The notes under the pieces are model-generated. The model was given only the letters and a program-made list of their open reading frames with translations, searched no databases and had not been told where the DNA came from. DNA of 64,000 bases, taken from positions 1 to 64,000 of IMG/VR virus record IMGVR_UViG_3300037222_000084, one strand, 5' to 3'. The position numbers and the translations under genes were made by a program. This stretch comes from a virus. Of this stretch, positions 37,434 to 45,898 are shown piece after piece; position 1 is the stretch's first letter; each line of letters starts with the position of its first letter.

Positions 37434-38230
37434 TATTTACCGTTCCATTTGTCTACGATGCCAGGGAGGATTTTCTCTTCCCATTGGCGTATCGCTTCTT
37501 CCATGGCTTTATCCATGTATTTTTTAGCTTTCAGGCCAGGGTGTAGCCATTTGCCATCACTTGCAGGACCAGCAGAAACTGTGCGAAACGTAAGAATGTC
37601 TCTTCGAACGTTTCCAGTATTCTTGTCGATCTGCTGATAAATAGACAGCCCTTGTAGCCGTGGCGTGTTACCTTTGCCAGGTATTTTCATGCCAATGTTG
37701 CCACCCATAGTTCCGTCTTTTCTTTGATCTCTGAGGTTAACTCCCCATTTTAGATCGTGCAGTTTGCCAAGCTTAGGACTACCATCTTGATTATATTCAA
37801 TATTCTTATATGGAATTTTTTCACTTTTCAGTTTTCTTTTAATAGCATCAACCAAAAGCATCGTAGACGGTTGCGTTTGGGTTGGTTTTGTATCATACTT
37901 GAAAGGTATAACCCTGTGGGTTTTGCCTTGCAGTAAATCTGGCTTCATATCGTGGGCAGTGAGTCCTTCTTCTATCCACATAGCTTTCTCATCAAGGGTA
38001 ATTACGTACAGGCCTGGAGCAGAATCGTCTACGTCAGACAATGCTTCCATGTAGATATGCTGAGTCGAATTAAGTTTGTCGTCTCCACGCTGAGCTTCCA
38101 TGGCAATCTGAGCACGAGTCAAAGTAGCAAGCTCGCGCATGGCACTATTTATGTCTGCCTCTACTTCTTTGGCAAACTCTTGAAATTGCGCTGCTATAGC
38201 ATCAGCGTTTGCGCTAAGCTTTAGGCTCAC
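37433..38230 (-). CDS. virion structural protein (neck-like)
   Basis: WIEEG...HDMKP.LL, TFRTVS, WLHPG motifs of myovirus neck-region proteins. Confidence 0.6.
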   Translation of the reverse strand: MSLKLSANADAIAAQFQEFAKEVEADINSAMRELATLTRAQIAMEAQRGDDKLNSTQHIYMEALSDVDDSAPGLYVITLDEKAMWIEEGLTAHDMKPDLLQGKTHRVIPFKYDTKPTQTQPSTMLLVDAIKRKLKSEKIPYKNIEYNQDGSPKLGKLHDLKWGVNLRDQRKDGTMGGNIGMKIPGKGNTPRLQGLSIYQQIDKNTGNVRRDILTFRTVSAGPASDGKWLHPGLKAKKYMDKAMEEAIRQWEEKILPGIVDKWNGK

Positions 38231-38474
38231 GAGGCACCTTCTGAGGGTTTTCTTCTTTAATTGGCAATGGCTTCACTGGTACTCCAGTAGGACTTTGCAC
38301 CTTGCCGTCGCGCATAGTGATCCACCGAGTTTTCTTAGTAATCGGATCAATCACTTTCTTTTGACCTTTTTCATTAACAGCACCTTCCATGTACGGCGTT
38401 CGCGCTACGTGTTGTGTTGTTTGAGAGGTCGGCAGTTTTCCAATGGGTTGCCCTATCGCCCCTGAAGCTTTGGG
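38214..38474 (-). CDS. -1 frameshift extension of the 38453..40450 protein
   Basis: C CCA AAG slippery heptamer (38474-38468) five codons before the stop; -1 frame open for 86 codons to TAG at 38216-38214. Confidence 0.65.
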   Translation of the reverse strand, partial: PKASGAIGQPIGKLPTSQTTQHVARTPYMEGAVNEKGQKKVIDPITKKTRWITMRDGKVQSPTGVPVKPLPIKEENPQKVPREPKA

Positions 38475-40450
38475 TCGGCACCACTATCTGGATGGGCAGG
38501 ATACAAATTGTTGTAGTCTGGATTTCCTCCAGCTGCTTCAGTCTGAGCTTGCGGATCGTTGGTTTGATCTTCTGGCATTCCACCAGCAGGTTGTCCTTCT
38601 AGGACGCCTTCTTCAGGAGATAAAATGTTTGGAGATTCTTCTACTACGCCAGACGGCTGAGCAGCTTGGTCTTGGTCTAACCCAAGAAGCTTGGCCATTT
38701 CTATCATCGCTTTAAGCATAGCGATAGAAGACGCGTATAATTGAGGTGCTTCTAATTTAGCACGCTCAAGTATCATCTTACAGCCTTTGAATCCTTCCAA
38801 AGCTTCGCCAACCATAGCAACAACTTTTTCTCGTTTGATGCTGTCGGCATGACTGTCCAACCCTTGTTGCAGCACAGACGTAACATCTGGAGCACCATCT
38901 GGTTGTTCGCCAAGTCCCATATCAGTGGGAGTATTCTGGCTATAGCTTTCTGGACGGCTAACGTTGCCTTCCATGTTAGTACCGCCAGGCAGGTCTGCGT
39001 CGTCAGCTTGACCTTCAGCGCGTAATGGAACTTGGTCAGCTCCAAGTGCGTCGATTTCATTTGTAATGCTTTCTATAGAATCGCTATTTTCTGGAGTACT
39101 GGTAGTTCCAACAGGAGGAGCAAACGGTTCTTGATATTCTTGAGCAGCAGGCCCGCCTTGTGAGTTTTCAAGAATGATGTTCTGATTGGATTTTGAATCA
39201 GTAGGTGCGGCCAATTTCGAGGGTTGCGAAGAAATAGCGGCAGGCTTGTCCATTCCTGGACGAGCAAGATCCTGACCGGCATAGTTCTGGCTATCTTGAG
39301 TGGTAGGCAGTAATTCAGTAGAGGGATCGTTTGGACTTATGTTTTGATCGTCTCCGCCCATAGACTGAGCAGCTACTTGACAATAAGGACAATCCTGTTC
39401 GTGACCTTCAGCATTAGGATCATGCGAGCCCATTTCCTGGCAATAAGGACAATCGTCAGTGTGACCTTCAGCATTAGGATCGTGATTCATTACTGCGCAA
39501 TAAGGACAATCATCGGCATGTCCTTCGGCATTAGGATCGTGCATTTGTACACAATAAGGACAGCTTTCGTCTTGAATGCCCTGAGCACTCAATTCTTGAC
39601 AATAAGGACAGTCGTGCTGTTCAGGAGCGGGCGCGGCCTCAACGGTAACATCTTCGTCTTTAGTTAGATTCGGTTTTTGTTGTTTCAGAGCGTGCATGGT
39701 ATCATGATGGCGAGACATAGCCGTAGCTTTGTCACCAGCACGGGCATTTAGCCCAGCAGATGAAGCGCCAAGCAATTTTTTACTATGAGTAGATTGATCT
39801 TTGTGATGATCGCTAGTAAAACCGGATAAACTGTCGTGCGTGCCCTTAGCTCTTGTTCCTGGAACCTTTTCGCCAGGTTTATCCATGTGCTGCGGCATCT
39901 TATGTTGATCTGGTCTAGGAGATGCCTTAGCCAGTTCGTCTTTAGTGATTGATTTGTCTTTGCCGTCCATAACCGTATCCTGTCCTTCAGGCCGCAAATA
40001 AGCGTCACCCTGTTTCTTTTCTTGTTCAGAAGCTGTCCCGTCTTCTAGTTTCAATTGAACTTGCTGAATTTCCTGTTCAATCCTGGGATCGTAGATGACT
40101 ACTTGGTTCTTACCTCTGAATTTTGCCACTATTAGAGACTTGCCTGCCTCAGATAAAGTTTTACCTATACCTACAGACATAGTAAGCCTAGTAGCAAAAT
40201 GATAATCCGTTCTCAACTGTTCAATATGATCTAGCGCTTCATGAGGTAAATGGAAGGTCCCTTCGTCACCGCCGCCAGATATAATTCCGCCGTTGTGCTC
40301 CTGAGCCCATTTTTTGACTATCTCGTGGCCAAGATTTATTCTTTCAGAGACTTCGCTCAGGGCAGCTGGATCATTGGACAATATAGCACGACCAACAAGC
40401 CTTCCAGCATTGTCACCGTCGTATGCTAATATCCACTGAAAATTATCCAC
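38453..40450 (-). CDS. putative head protein with N-terminal GGDEF/mCpol-like nucleotide cyclase domain and Cys/His repeats
   Basis: YDGDNAG, GGGDEG, SVGIG, AK.RGKNQ; five CPYC and three HDPNAEGH repeats. Confidence 0.7.
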   Translation of the reverse strand: MDNFQWILAYDGDNAGRLVGRAILSNDPAALSEVSERINLGHEIVKKWAQEHNGGIISGGGDEGTFHLPHEALDHIEQLRTDYHFATRLTMSVGIGKTLSEAGKSLIVAKFRGKNQVVIYDPRIEQEIQQVQLKLEDGTASEQEKKQGDAYLRPEGQDTVMDGKDKSITKDELAKASPRPDQHKMPQHMDKPGEKVPGTRAKGTHDSLSGFTSDHHKDQSTHSKKLLGASSAGLNARAGDKATAMSRHHDTMHALKQQKPNLTKDEDVTVEAAPAPEQHDCPYCQELSAQGIQDESCPYCVQMHDPNAEGHADDCPYCAVMNHDPNAEGHTDDCPYCQEMGSHDPNAEGHEQDCPYCQVAAQSMGGDDQNISPNDPSTELLPTTQDSQNYAGQDLARPGMDKPAAISSQPSKLAAPTDSKSNQNIILENSQGGPAAQEYQEPFAPPVGTTSTPENSDSIESITNEIDALGADQVPLRAEGQADDADLPGGTNMEGNVSRPESYSQNTPTDMGLGEQPDGAPDVTSVLQQGLDSHADSIKREKVVAMVGEALEGFKGCKMILERAKLEAPQLYASSIAMLKAMIEMAKLLGLDQDQAAQPSGVVEESPNILSPEEGVLEGQPAGGMPEDQTNDPQAQTEAAGGNPDYNNLYPAHPDSGADPKLQGR
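39381..39616 (-). repeat. Tandem 57-60 bp repeats encoding HDPNAEGHxxDCPYC
   Basis: CAATAAGGACA recurs five times, GCATTAGGATC three times. Confidence 0.85.
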
Positions 40451-40763
40451 GCTTCCCTCTGAGTACTTCTAACAACATCTCAATATTTTCTGGGTCCCAG
40501 CCTTTACCGAATCGAACCTTCACGCCATCTTCTGATTTTGTAAGGTATACTTTACTATTCATATCGCTGCCCATACAAACACAACCAGAGTATGCTTCAT
40601 TTTTGAAGATACTTTGACCACAGTCTGGACACGACACTTGGTCGTTCTTAGAAAGAGATACCTGATACTCTTTCTTATGTAACTTATGCTTTCTACCTTC
40701 CAAAAATTCATTAAGAGGTGAACTCTTTTTGGATTTATCTGGACGGTCTAATGCAGACGACAT
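40443..40763 (-). CDS. small Cys-containing protein
   Basis: CPDCG...CVC; LSKND and LTKSE words. Confidence 0.6.
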   Translation of the reverse strand: MSSALDRPDKSKKSSPLNEFLEGRKHKLHKKEYQVSLSKNDQVSCPDCGQSIFKNEAYSGCVCMGSDMNSKVYLTKSEDGVKVRFGKGWDPENIEMLLEVLRGKRG

Positions 40764-40776
40764 CTGAACGCTCCGA

Positions 40777-41283
40777 TTAAGTATTAGGCTCGTTTACAGG
40801 AGCGCCCCAAGGAGCGGTTGTTTGCTGCGGATTTTGCGAGTTGTTATGCGGTTGAGCTTGAATGAATGTGGGATCGTCAATGATAAACACAAGCAAGGTA
40901 GCAGCAGTCGATGCAACCCAGTTCCATTGAGCAGCAGCAAGATATGTCCAAGCATTTGGCTGACATGGAACGCCAACGAAAACGTTGGTTCCAGAAACCT
41001 GCACAGCACCAGGAGCTTGAGGCGTCATAGTGTTATCTCCAACAGTCACAGCGCCAACGGCACCGGCATTGTTGTAAATAGCAAGGTTGAGGCCTGCACT
41101 TGGCAATATACGAGGAGTCGAAGCGTCGGTTGTAAAACCAGCAGCACCGTTTCCGAGCGGAATCAACGCACGTCCTACTTCTGAGGATTTTCGTGATCCA
41201 GCCTTTTCACTCCAGCTTAGAAGCTCAATAGCCGAAGGATCGCGGGATTGGTCGCCTGGTATTTGTCTGTTCTTAATTTGCAT
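40777..41283 (-). CDS. virion-associated hypothetical protein
   Basis: GGAG RBS, late motif upstream. Confidence 0.6.
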   Translation of the reverse strand: MQIKNRQIPGDQSRDPSAIELLSWSEKAGSRKSSEVGRALIPLGNGAAGFTTDASTPRILPSAGLNLAIYNNAGAVGAVTVGDNTMTPQAPGAVQVSGTNVFVGVPCQPNAWTYLAAAQWNWVASTAATLLVFIIDDPTFIQAQPHNNSQNPQQTTAPWGAPVNEPNT

Positions 41284-41329
41284 AACTACTCCGTTTCATT
41301 GTATTTCTTAAAGATTGTTTTGGTGTTGA

Positions 41330-42295
41330 TTATTCGTCATCTTTGCCATATCCGTCGCCATATGCGTCCATTTCGACCTTGACCCCGTATTTATTGGGAT
41401 TTTGGGCTTCAATGGGAGCTGCATCTTTGCGTTTAGGATCTACTGGCCTGTTTTGATTCAATGCGTCACCACGGTTTTGGTTGTGATACATGTACTCGCG
41501 CTGGGCTATAGCGTGGTAGGGCATACGTTGAGGGGTTCGCCCATTACCATCGGTGACGTTTGTAACCCGTACTTCTTTCAATAAAATTGTGATGTACCAA
41601 TAAGCATTATAGAGGTATCTTACTGAATATACTCGACCTTTTCCAGTATCTGGATCAATACCAGGATTTCTACCACCGTCTACCCAACGAATATTGCCGT
41701 CTTTTGTTATGCTATAGTCTACGCCTTGCATGTATTCGAAGCCACGGCTGTCGATCAGCGGTACTTCCATTTCTTCAATTTTGAACATGGGGACATTGTC
41801 TTGTCCAGCGATGTAGTTCATTTTCTGAGGATTTGACACTTTCACGTCAACGGTTGGGTCTGAAACGTAAATTCTATCGCCAGGTGACAGGTAAATGCGC
41901 TTGCCGTCAGCGAGGCCTAAGTTATTGTAAAAACGAGGCATTACGAGCTTGCTCTCAGACGGATCTAAGATGCTACCACTAGCCCTATTTCTAGTTCGTG
42001 TGTTGTCAGTCATGGTAGCCGTAAAGCGACCAGCCAAAGTGTAAATATTGCCGTTTGACGTAATCGTGTCTACACCGTCACTTCTGCGGTAGTCACCACG
42101 GTCCTTTTGGCCAATAGGACTAGGCATGCCCTTATAGTGAAAGAATTCGACGCCCAAACCGACCACAAAGTCTTCCAATCTATCAAGGTCGAAAGACTCT
42201 TGAATATAGGGAGCAAAGGCTGGAATGGTATCCACCTGTATGTCGCCACTAGGGTCTAGTGGTTTATTTGGACTGTCAGATCCGCTATCGGACAT
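41330..42295 (-). CDS. head-tail joining (neck) protein, putative
   Basis: DRI, GVDY.I..DGNI.W, G.VYSVRY motifs; position. Confidence 0.55.
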   Translation of the reverse strand: MSDSGSDSPNKPLDPSGDIQVDTIPAFAPYIQESFDLDRLEDFVVGLGVEFFHYKGMPSPIGQKDRGDYRRSDGVDTITSNGNIYTLAGRFTATMTDNTRTRNRASGSILDPSESKLVMPRFYNNLGLADGKRIYLSPGDRIYVSDPTVDVKVSNPQKMNYIAGQDNVPMFKIEEMEVPLIDSRGFEYMQGVDYSITKDGNIRWVDGGRNPGIDPDTGKGRVYSVRYLYNAYWYITILLKEVRVTNVTDGNGRTPQRMPYHAIAQREYMYHNQNRGDALNQNRPVDPKRKDAAPIEAQNPNKYGVKVEMDAYGDGYGKDDE

Positions 42296-42465
42296 TATTT
42301 ACACTCTCTGTTTAAGCAAAGGTCTGCTACTTCTTTCAGTTTCTTGTCTGATTCATCGCAAACTTCTTTTACGGTTTCCATGAACCTATCCCAGTCTATA
42401 TCACTCATTCCCTTTTCAGGCTGTTGAGTGGATTTTTTACAAGGTTTAAGTTTCTTTTCGCCCAT
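42295..42465 (-). CDS. small hypothetical protein
   Basis: GAAGG RBS; fills the gap. Confidence 0.45.
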   Translation of the reverse strand: MGEKKLKPCKKSTQQPEKGMSDIDWDRFMETVKEVCDESDKKLKEVADLCLNRECK

Positions 42466-42466
42466 G

Positions 42467-42976
42467 TTACCTTCCTTCAATCCTGATCTTGTGTGCTCCG
42501 CACGAAAGAACTTTCTCTGAGGTAGCTCCAGCTAAGGCTCTACTGAATTTTTTATCGAGGTCCATATCACCAAACACCAACGTGCTCTTGTCTAAATAGG
42601 CGTTAACCGAATACACTTTGTTGTTTGCCTGGGTAACTTGGAATTCTATTTCATTGCCAATTTGCACTGAATACAGGTCGTGTCCAGATTTGCGCAATGA
42701 GTCAGACAGAAAATGCGAGTGACTCTCTACCGTTGGCTCGTATCCCGTCAATTCGCTTTTTTGCATGGAAGGTTGAAATTCTGGATGTTGACGCTCTAGG
42801 TTGAATTTCACAATAGCAGGGTGACTGCCAGCCGCTAGTGCCTCTTCTTGAAGTTTACCTCTTGGACGACCAACGGCTATGTGGAATCCACCGCGAGTTT
42901 TGATCATTTTTACGGGTGCTCCGTTTAGGACACCAACGTCGTCTACTGATTCAATTTCATTAGGTGTGAGTTGCAT
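42467..42976 (-). CDS. hypothetical virion-module protein
   Basis: Packed in late operon; MQKSE and LRKSG words. Confidence 0.6.
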   Translation of the reverse strand: MQLTPNEIESVDDVGVLNGAPVKMIKTRGGFHIAVGRPRGKLQEEALAAGSHPAIVKFNLERQHPEFQPSMQKSELTGYEPTVESHSHFLSDSLRKSGHDLYSVQIGNEIEFQVTQANNKVYSVNAYLDKSTLVFGDMDLDKKFSRALAGATSEKVLSCGAHKIRIEGR

Positions 42977-44041
42977 TTATTTTTCCTTGTCATAGGCATC
43001 TTTGATTTTTTTAACATGCCAATGTTCGTCTATGTTCTTTTTTTCTTTCTGAGCACGGTATGTACCCTTTACACCTTCAAGCCATGCGTACCCGATTTTG
43101 TTTGGATTTTGGCCAAAATGGTGTTCTAATCGAGCCAAGTGTTTCTGCGCTACAGTGTCTTCTAATCCAGGGTTGTCGTGCATGTACCTACGCATATCGT
43201 CACCGCGAAGCGCCATGCCCTTAGCATATTTGGCTTTTAGGTCCGTGTTCATGTGGATAGTATCGCGTATAGTGGAAGGCATTAGGGCGTACTTTCCATA
43301 TGCGCTCTCGCCTGTGTGCATTCCACCAGCTGGCTTATGGTTGGTCATCTTGCCGTTTTGACTTTCTACGGTTGCGATAGTATTGAGCATGCGCTGACTG
43401 CTATACGAAGGCTGATGCTGTTGAATACTGGCCGGTTCTCTAGGAGGCGAAGCATCTTTGATTGTAGGGCTAGACTGCATAGCGCCCATTACGCCAATTG
43501 CTGCGGCAACGTGTTTGATGCCTTTGTCTAATTTTTCAGATTTTTCAAACGTGTGAACAGGGTTATTTGCGCCGTGTTCAAGAGTCAGAGGACCAAACTC
43601 GATATCGTCGGCGGTTACGCCGTTTTCTTTAAGGTCATCGTAGAGCACCTTGTCGATGGTTACATGGGTCATGAAATTTTTGTAAACATTACCTACGTGT
43701 CCGTAGTGATCGTAAAGAGCCTTGTATTTTGGAGGCAAACCTTCTATCTTGAGCATGTAGTAGTCTAGCTTAGACACTTCCGCCGTAAAGATGATTGGTT
43801 TGAACGTCAAATCCTTAGGATCTGGAGAGCAAATATCATGCTCCTTGACGTACTCTTTCATTTCATCTAAATCAAATTCTTTGGGATTACCAAATATTTT
43901 GAGAGACATGTGCAGAGGAATATCGTCAACAAGGGTAGCGCGACCTTTGATTTTTACGCAGAACAGTACGTCACAGCCTTTTTTGGCTTGTTCCTTATAA
44001 CTGCTGTGTACTCCGACGCCACGCTTCTCTGCCGCGCCCAT
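42977..44041 (-). CDS. 2H phosphoesterase (Acb1-like) fused to lysozyme-like domain
   Basis: LHMSL and THVTI paired HxS/T motifs; linker FEKSEKLDKG; IATVESQNG...AYGKYALMPST. Confidence 0.6.
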   Translation of the reverse strand: MGAAEKRGVGVHSSYKEQAKKGCDVLFCVKIKGRATLVDDIPLHMSLKIFGNPKEFDLDEMKEYVKEHDICSPDPKDLTFKPIIFTAEVSKLDYYMLKIEGLPPKYKALYDHYGHVGNVYKNFMTHVTIDKVLYDDLKENGVTADDIEFGPLTLEHGANNPVHTFEKSEKLDKGIKHVAAAIGVMGAMQSSPTIKDASPPREPASIQQHQPSYSSQRMLNTIATVESQNGKMTNHKPAGGMHTGESAYGKYALMPSTIRDTIHMNTDLKAKYAKGMALRGDDMRRYMHDNPGLEDTVAQKHLARLEHHFGQNPNKIGYAWLEGVKGTYRAQKEKKNIDEHWHVKKIKDAYDKEK

Positions 44042-44874
44042 TAGAAACTCCCGACTAGATACCTATTAGAGAAAACGCTTCTTAGCTGTTTTTTCAAGGT
44101 TTCTCGTTTTTTCTCAAGATCCTCAATGCGTCTAACATATACGTTAGGACCAGGACCACTTGACGATTGAGAGATACCATCTTGACTTTGCGACTGTGAG
44201 TTAAAAATGAATGTAGCTGCGATCATGCTTAAGACAGATATTGCTGCAATTGTACCGATAAGTTCGTTAACCGCTACTGGCACTTGACCTTCTGTATTGG
44301 ATAAACCAGCGGTGTAGTTGATCTGCCAATATGCTGGAACCCAATTGAGTCCATCCATAACGGTCAAAAATGCAATACCCGCATTTCCAACTGATCCGCC
44401 AACTTGATTGACGCCGTATGCTGCCAAAAGAGGAATAACGTTGATTAAGCGTTTTGAGAAATTTGTACATTCTACCCAGGTAGGAGGAATACTGAAAATG
44501 TTGTTGTTGTCCGCGCTGACAATTGCCAGCGACTCCAAACTTATGATTGGGCCTTTCTCGGCCATGATATGAATATACGACTTGTATAAAGCATAGTCAA
44601 ATGGAACTTTGTGCTGAAAGGCTTCACGCAGGATAGTAGATCCTATCATAAGCTCCGCTTCATTCATTGCCCAGTTTAACTGTTCTGTAATTTCTATATC
44701 TGTGATGACATCGCCGTTTCTGAATCTCAACGGAATACCTTTGAGAAACAAACGCTTGAACTTATCAGCGGCAAGCAAAGGCTCGCATCTAGTCAAAAGA
44801 CCAGACGTTTGCTGAGCGTGAACCGGATAAACGGCTGTACCTGAGGTTTTTACCCCTGTTTCTCTAAAATCCAT
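44041..44874 (-). CDS. head-tail adaptor/neck protein, putative
   Basis: FL.GIPL, GPIISLESL, W.INYTAG, SQS.S.DGISQS. Confidence 0.6.
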   Translation of the reverse strand: MDFRETGVKTSGTAVYPVHAQQTSGLLTRCEPLLAADKFKRLFLKGIPLRFRNGDVITDIEITEQLNWAMNEAELMIGSTILREAFQHKVPFDYALYKSYIHIMAEKGPIISLESLAIVSADNNNIFSIPPTWVECTNFSKRLINVIPLLAAYGVNQVGGSVGNAGIAFLTVMDGLNWVPAYWQINYTAGLSNTEGQVPVAVNELIGTIAAISVLSMIAATFIFNSQSQSQDGISQSSSGPGPNVYVRRIEDLEKKRETLKKQLRSVFSNRYLVGSF

Positions 44875-45323
44875 TAGCAAGACCCACAAGTCGAGACAAG
44901 CTCGACAGCCATAGCATTCATGAGCACGAACTTTCTAGTTACACTGCCTTCTTTCAGGGTGAAAAATAGGTTTCCGCTATTGACAGCCTGGGTGCCAGAG
45001 AGAGATACTGCCCATATAGAACTGTCACAATCGTCTGGTTGAAATGCCTGCACTACGAGTTGTTTACTGTCGTCGATTGAGCAAAATGTTACTTGCGCAG
45101 AAGCTGGACTGTTCACGCCACAACCGGCCATGTAGCGAAGGCTGGACGTTGGACCATTGGAGTTTTGTCCGTTAGATCCGTTCATATTGTTGATATTTTG
45201 GTCTAAGTCAACGAACTGGAAATACAGGGTATTTGGATCTCCCAGACGGGTTTTCCATTGCAAGGCGTAACCAAACTGGTTGACATTTGCATAATTTACA
45301 ATCAAGTTTGCGGATAATCTCAT
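44874..45323 (-). CDS. virion-associated hypothetical protein
   Basis: First gene after a late motif; beta-rich. Confidence 0.6.
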   Translation of the reverse strand: MRLSANLIVNYANVNQFGYALQWKTRLGDPNTLYFQFVDLDQNINNMNGSNGQNSNGPTSSLRYMAGCGVNSPASAQVTFCSIDDSKQLVVQAFQPDDCDSSIWAVSLSGTQAVNSGNLFFTLKEGSVTRKFVLMNAMAVELVSTCGSC

Positions 45324-45427
45324 TGTTTTGGGCTCCGATCTATGGTATATTCTTACTAAAGATTGCCAGGATCGGCCAAAAGATCGGCCAATAAACTGCT
45401 AAACTAGTGTAATCACAAGGATTAAAC

Positions 45428-45838
45428 ATGTCGGAAGATAAGAAAGCCCCCGTTTTAGGCACTAACCCAAAAGACCTACTTGGGATCAAGAAAGTCCAGT
45501 TAAATCTGGTGCCTGCCTCAAGCATCATATACCAGGCATTGGCGATGGAAGACGGAGCTAAAAAGTATGGCCCTTACAATTGGCGAGAAAACAAAGTAAT
45601 TGCGAGCATTTACGTCGCAGCTGCTATGCGTCACCTGATGCAGTGGTACGATGAAGGCGAAGAGTTGGCAGAAGACAGCAAGAAGCCACACTTAGCTCAC
45701 GCCTTGGCCTGTATAGGCATCATAGTGGACGCCCTGGAGACTGGCAACCTATCTGACGACCGCCCTGTGCCTGGCTCAGCGTCTAAATTGATCGCTAAGT
45801 GGGAACAAATAAAAAAGGCCCAGTTACCCAAGCCTTAG
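45428..45838 (+). CDS. dATP/dGTP diphosphohydrolase-domain (DUF5664-like) protein
   Basis: NPKD..G.KK..L.LVP, GAKKYGPYNWR, AAMRHL..W..GE..AEDS..PHLAHA. Confidence 0.85.
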   Translation: MSEDKKAPVLGTNPKDLLGIKKVQLNLVPASSIIYQALAMEDGAKKYGPYNWRENKVIASIYVAAAMRHLMQWYDEGEELAEDSKKPHLAHALACIGIIVDALETGNLSDDRPVPGSASKLIAKWEQIKKAQLPKP

Positions 45839-45898
45839 TTGATCATTCTTTACAGATCGGCTAGGCCTATCGTCCCTAGCGCCCGTTAAATTTTCTAA

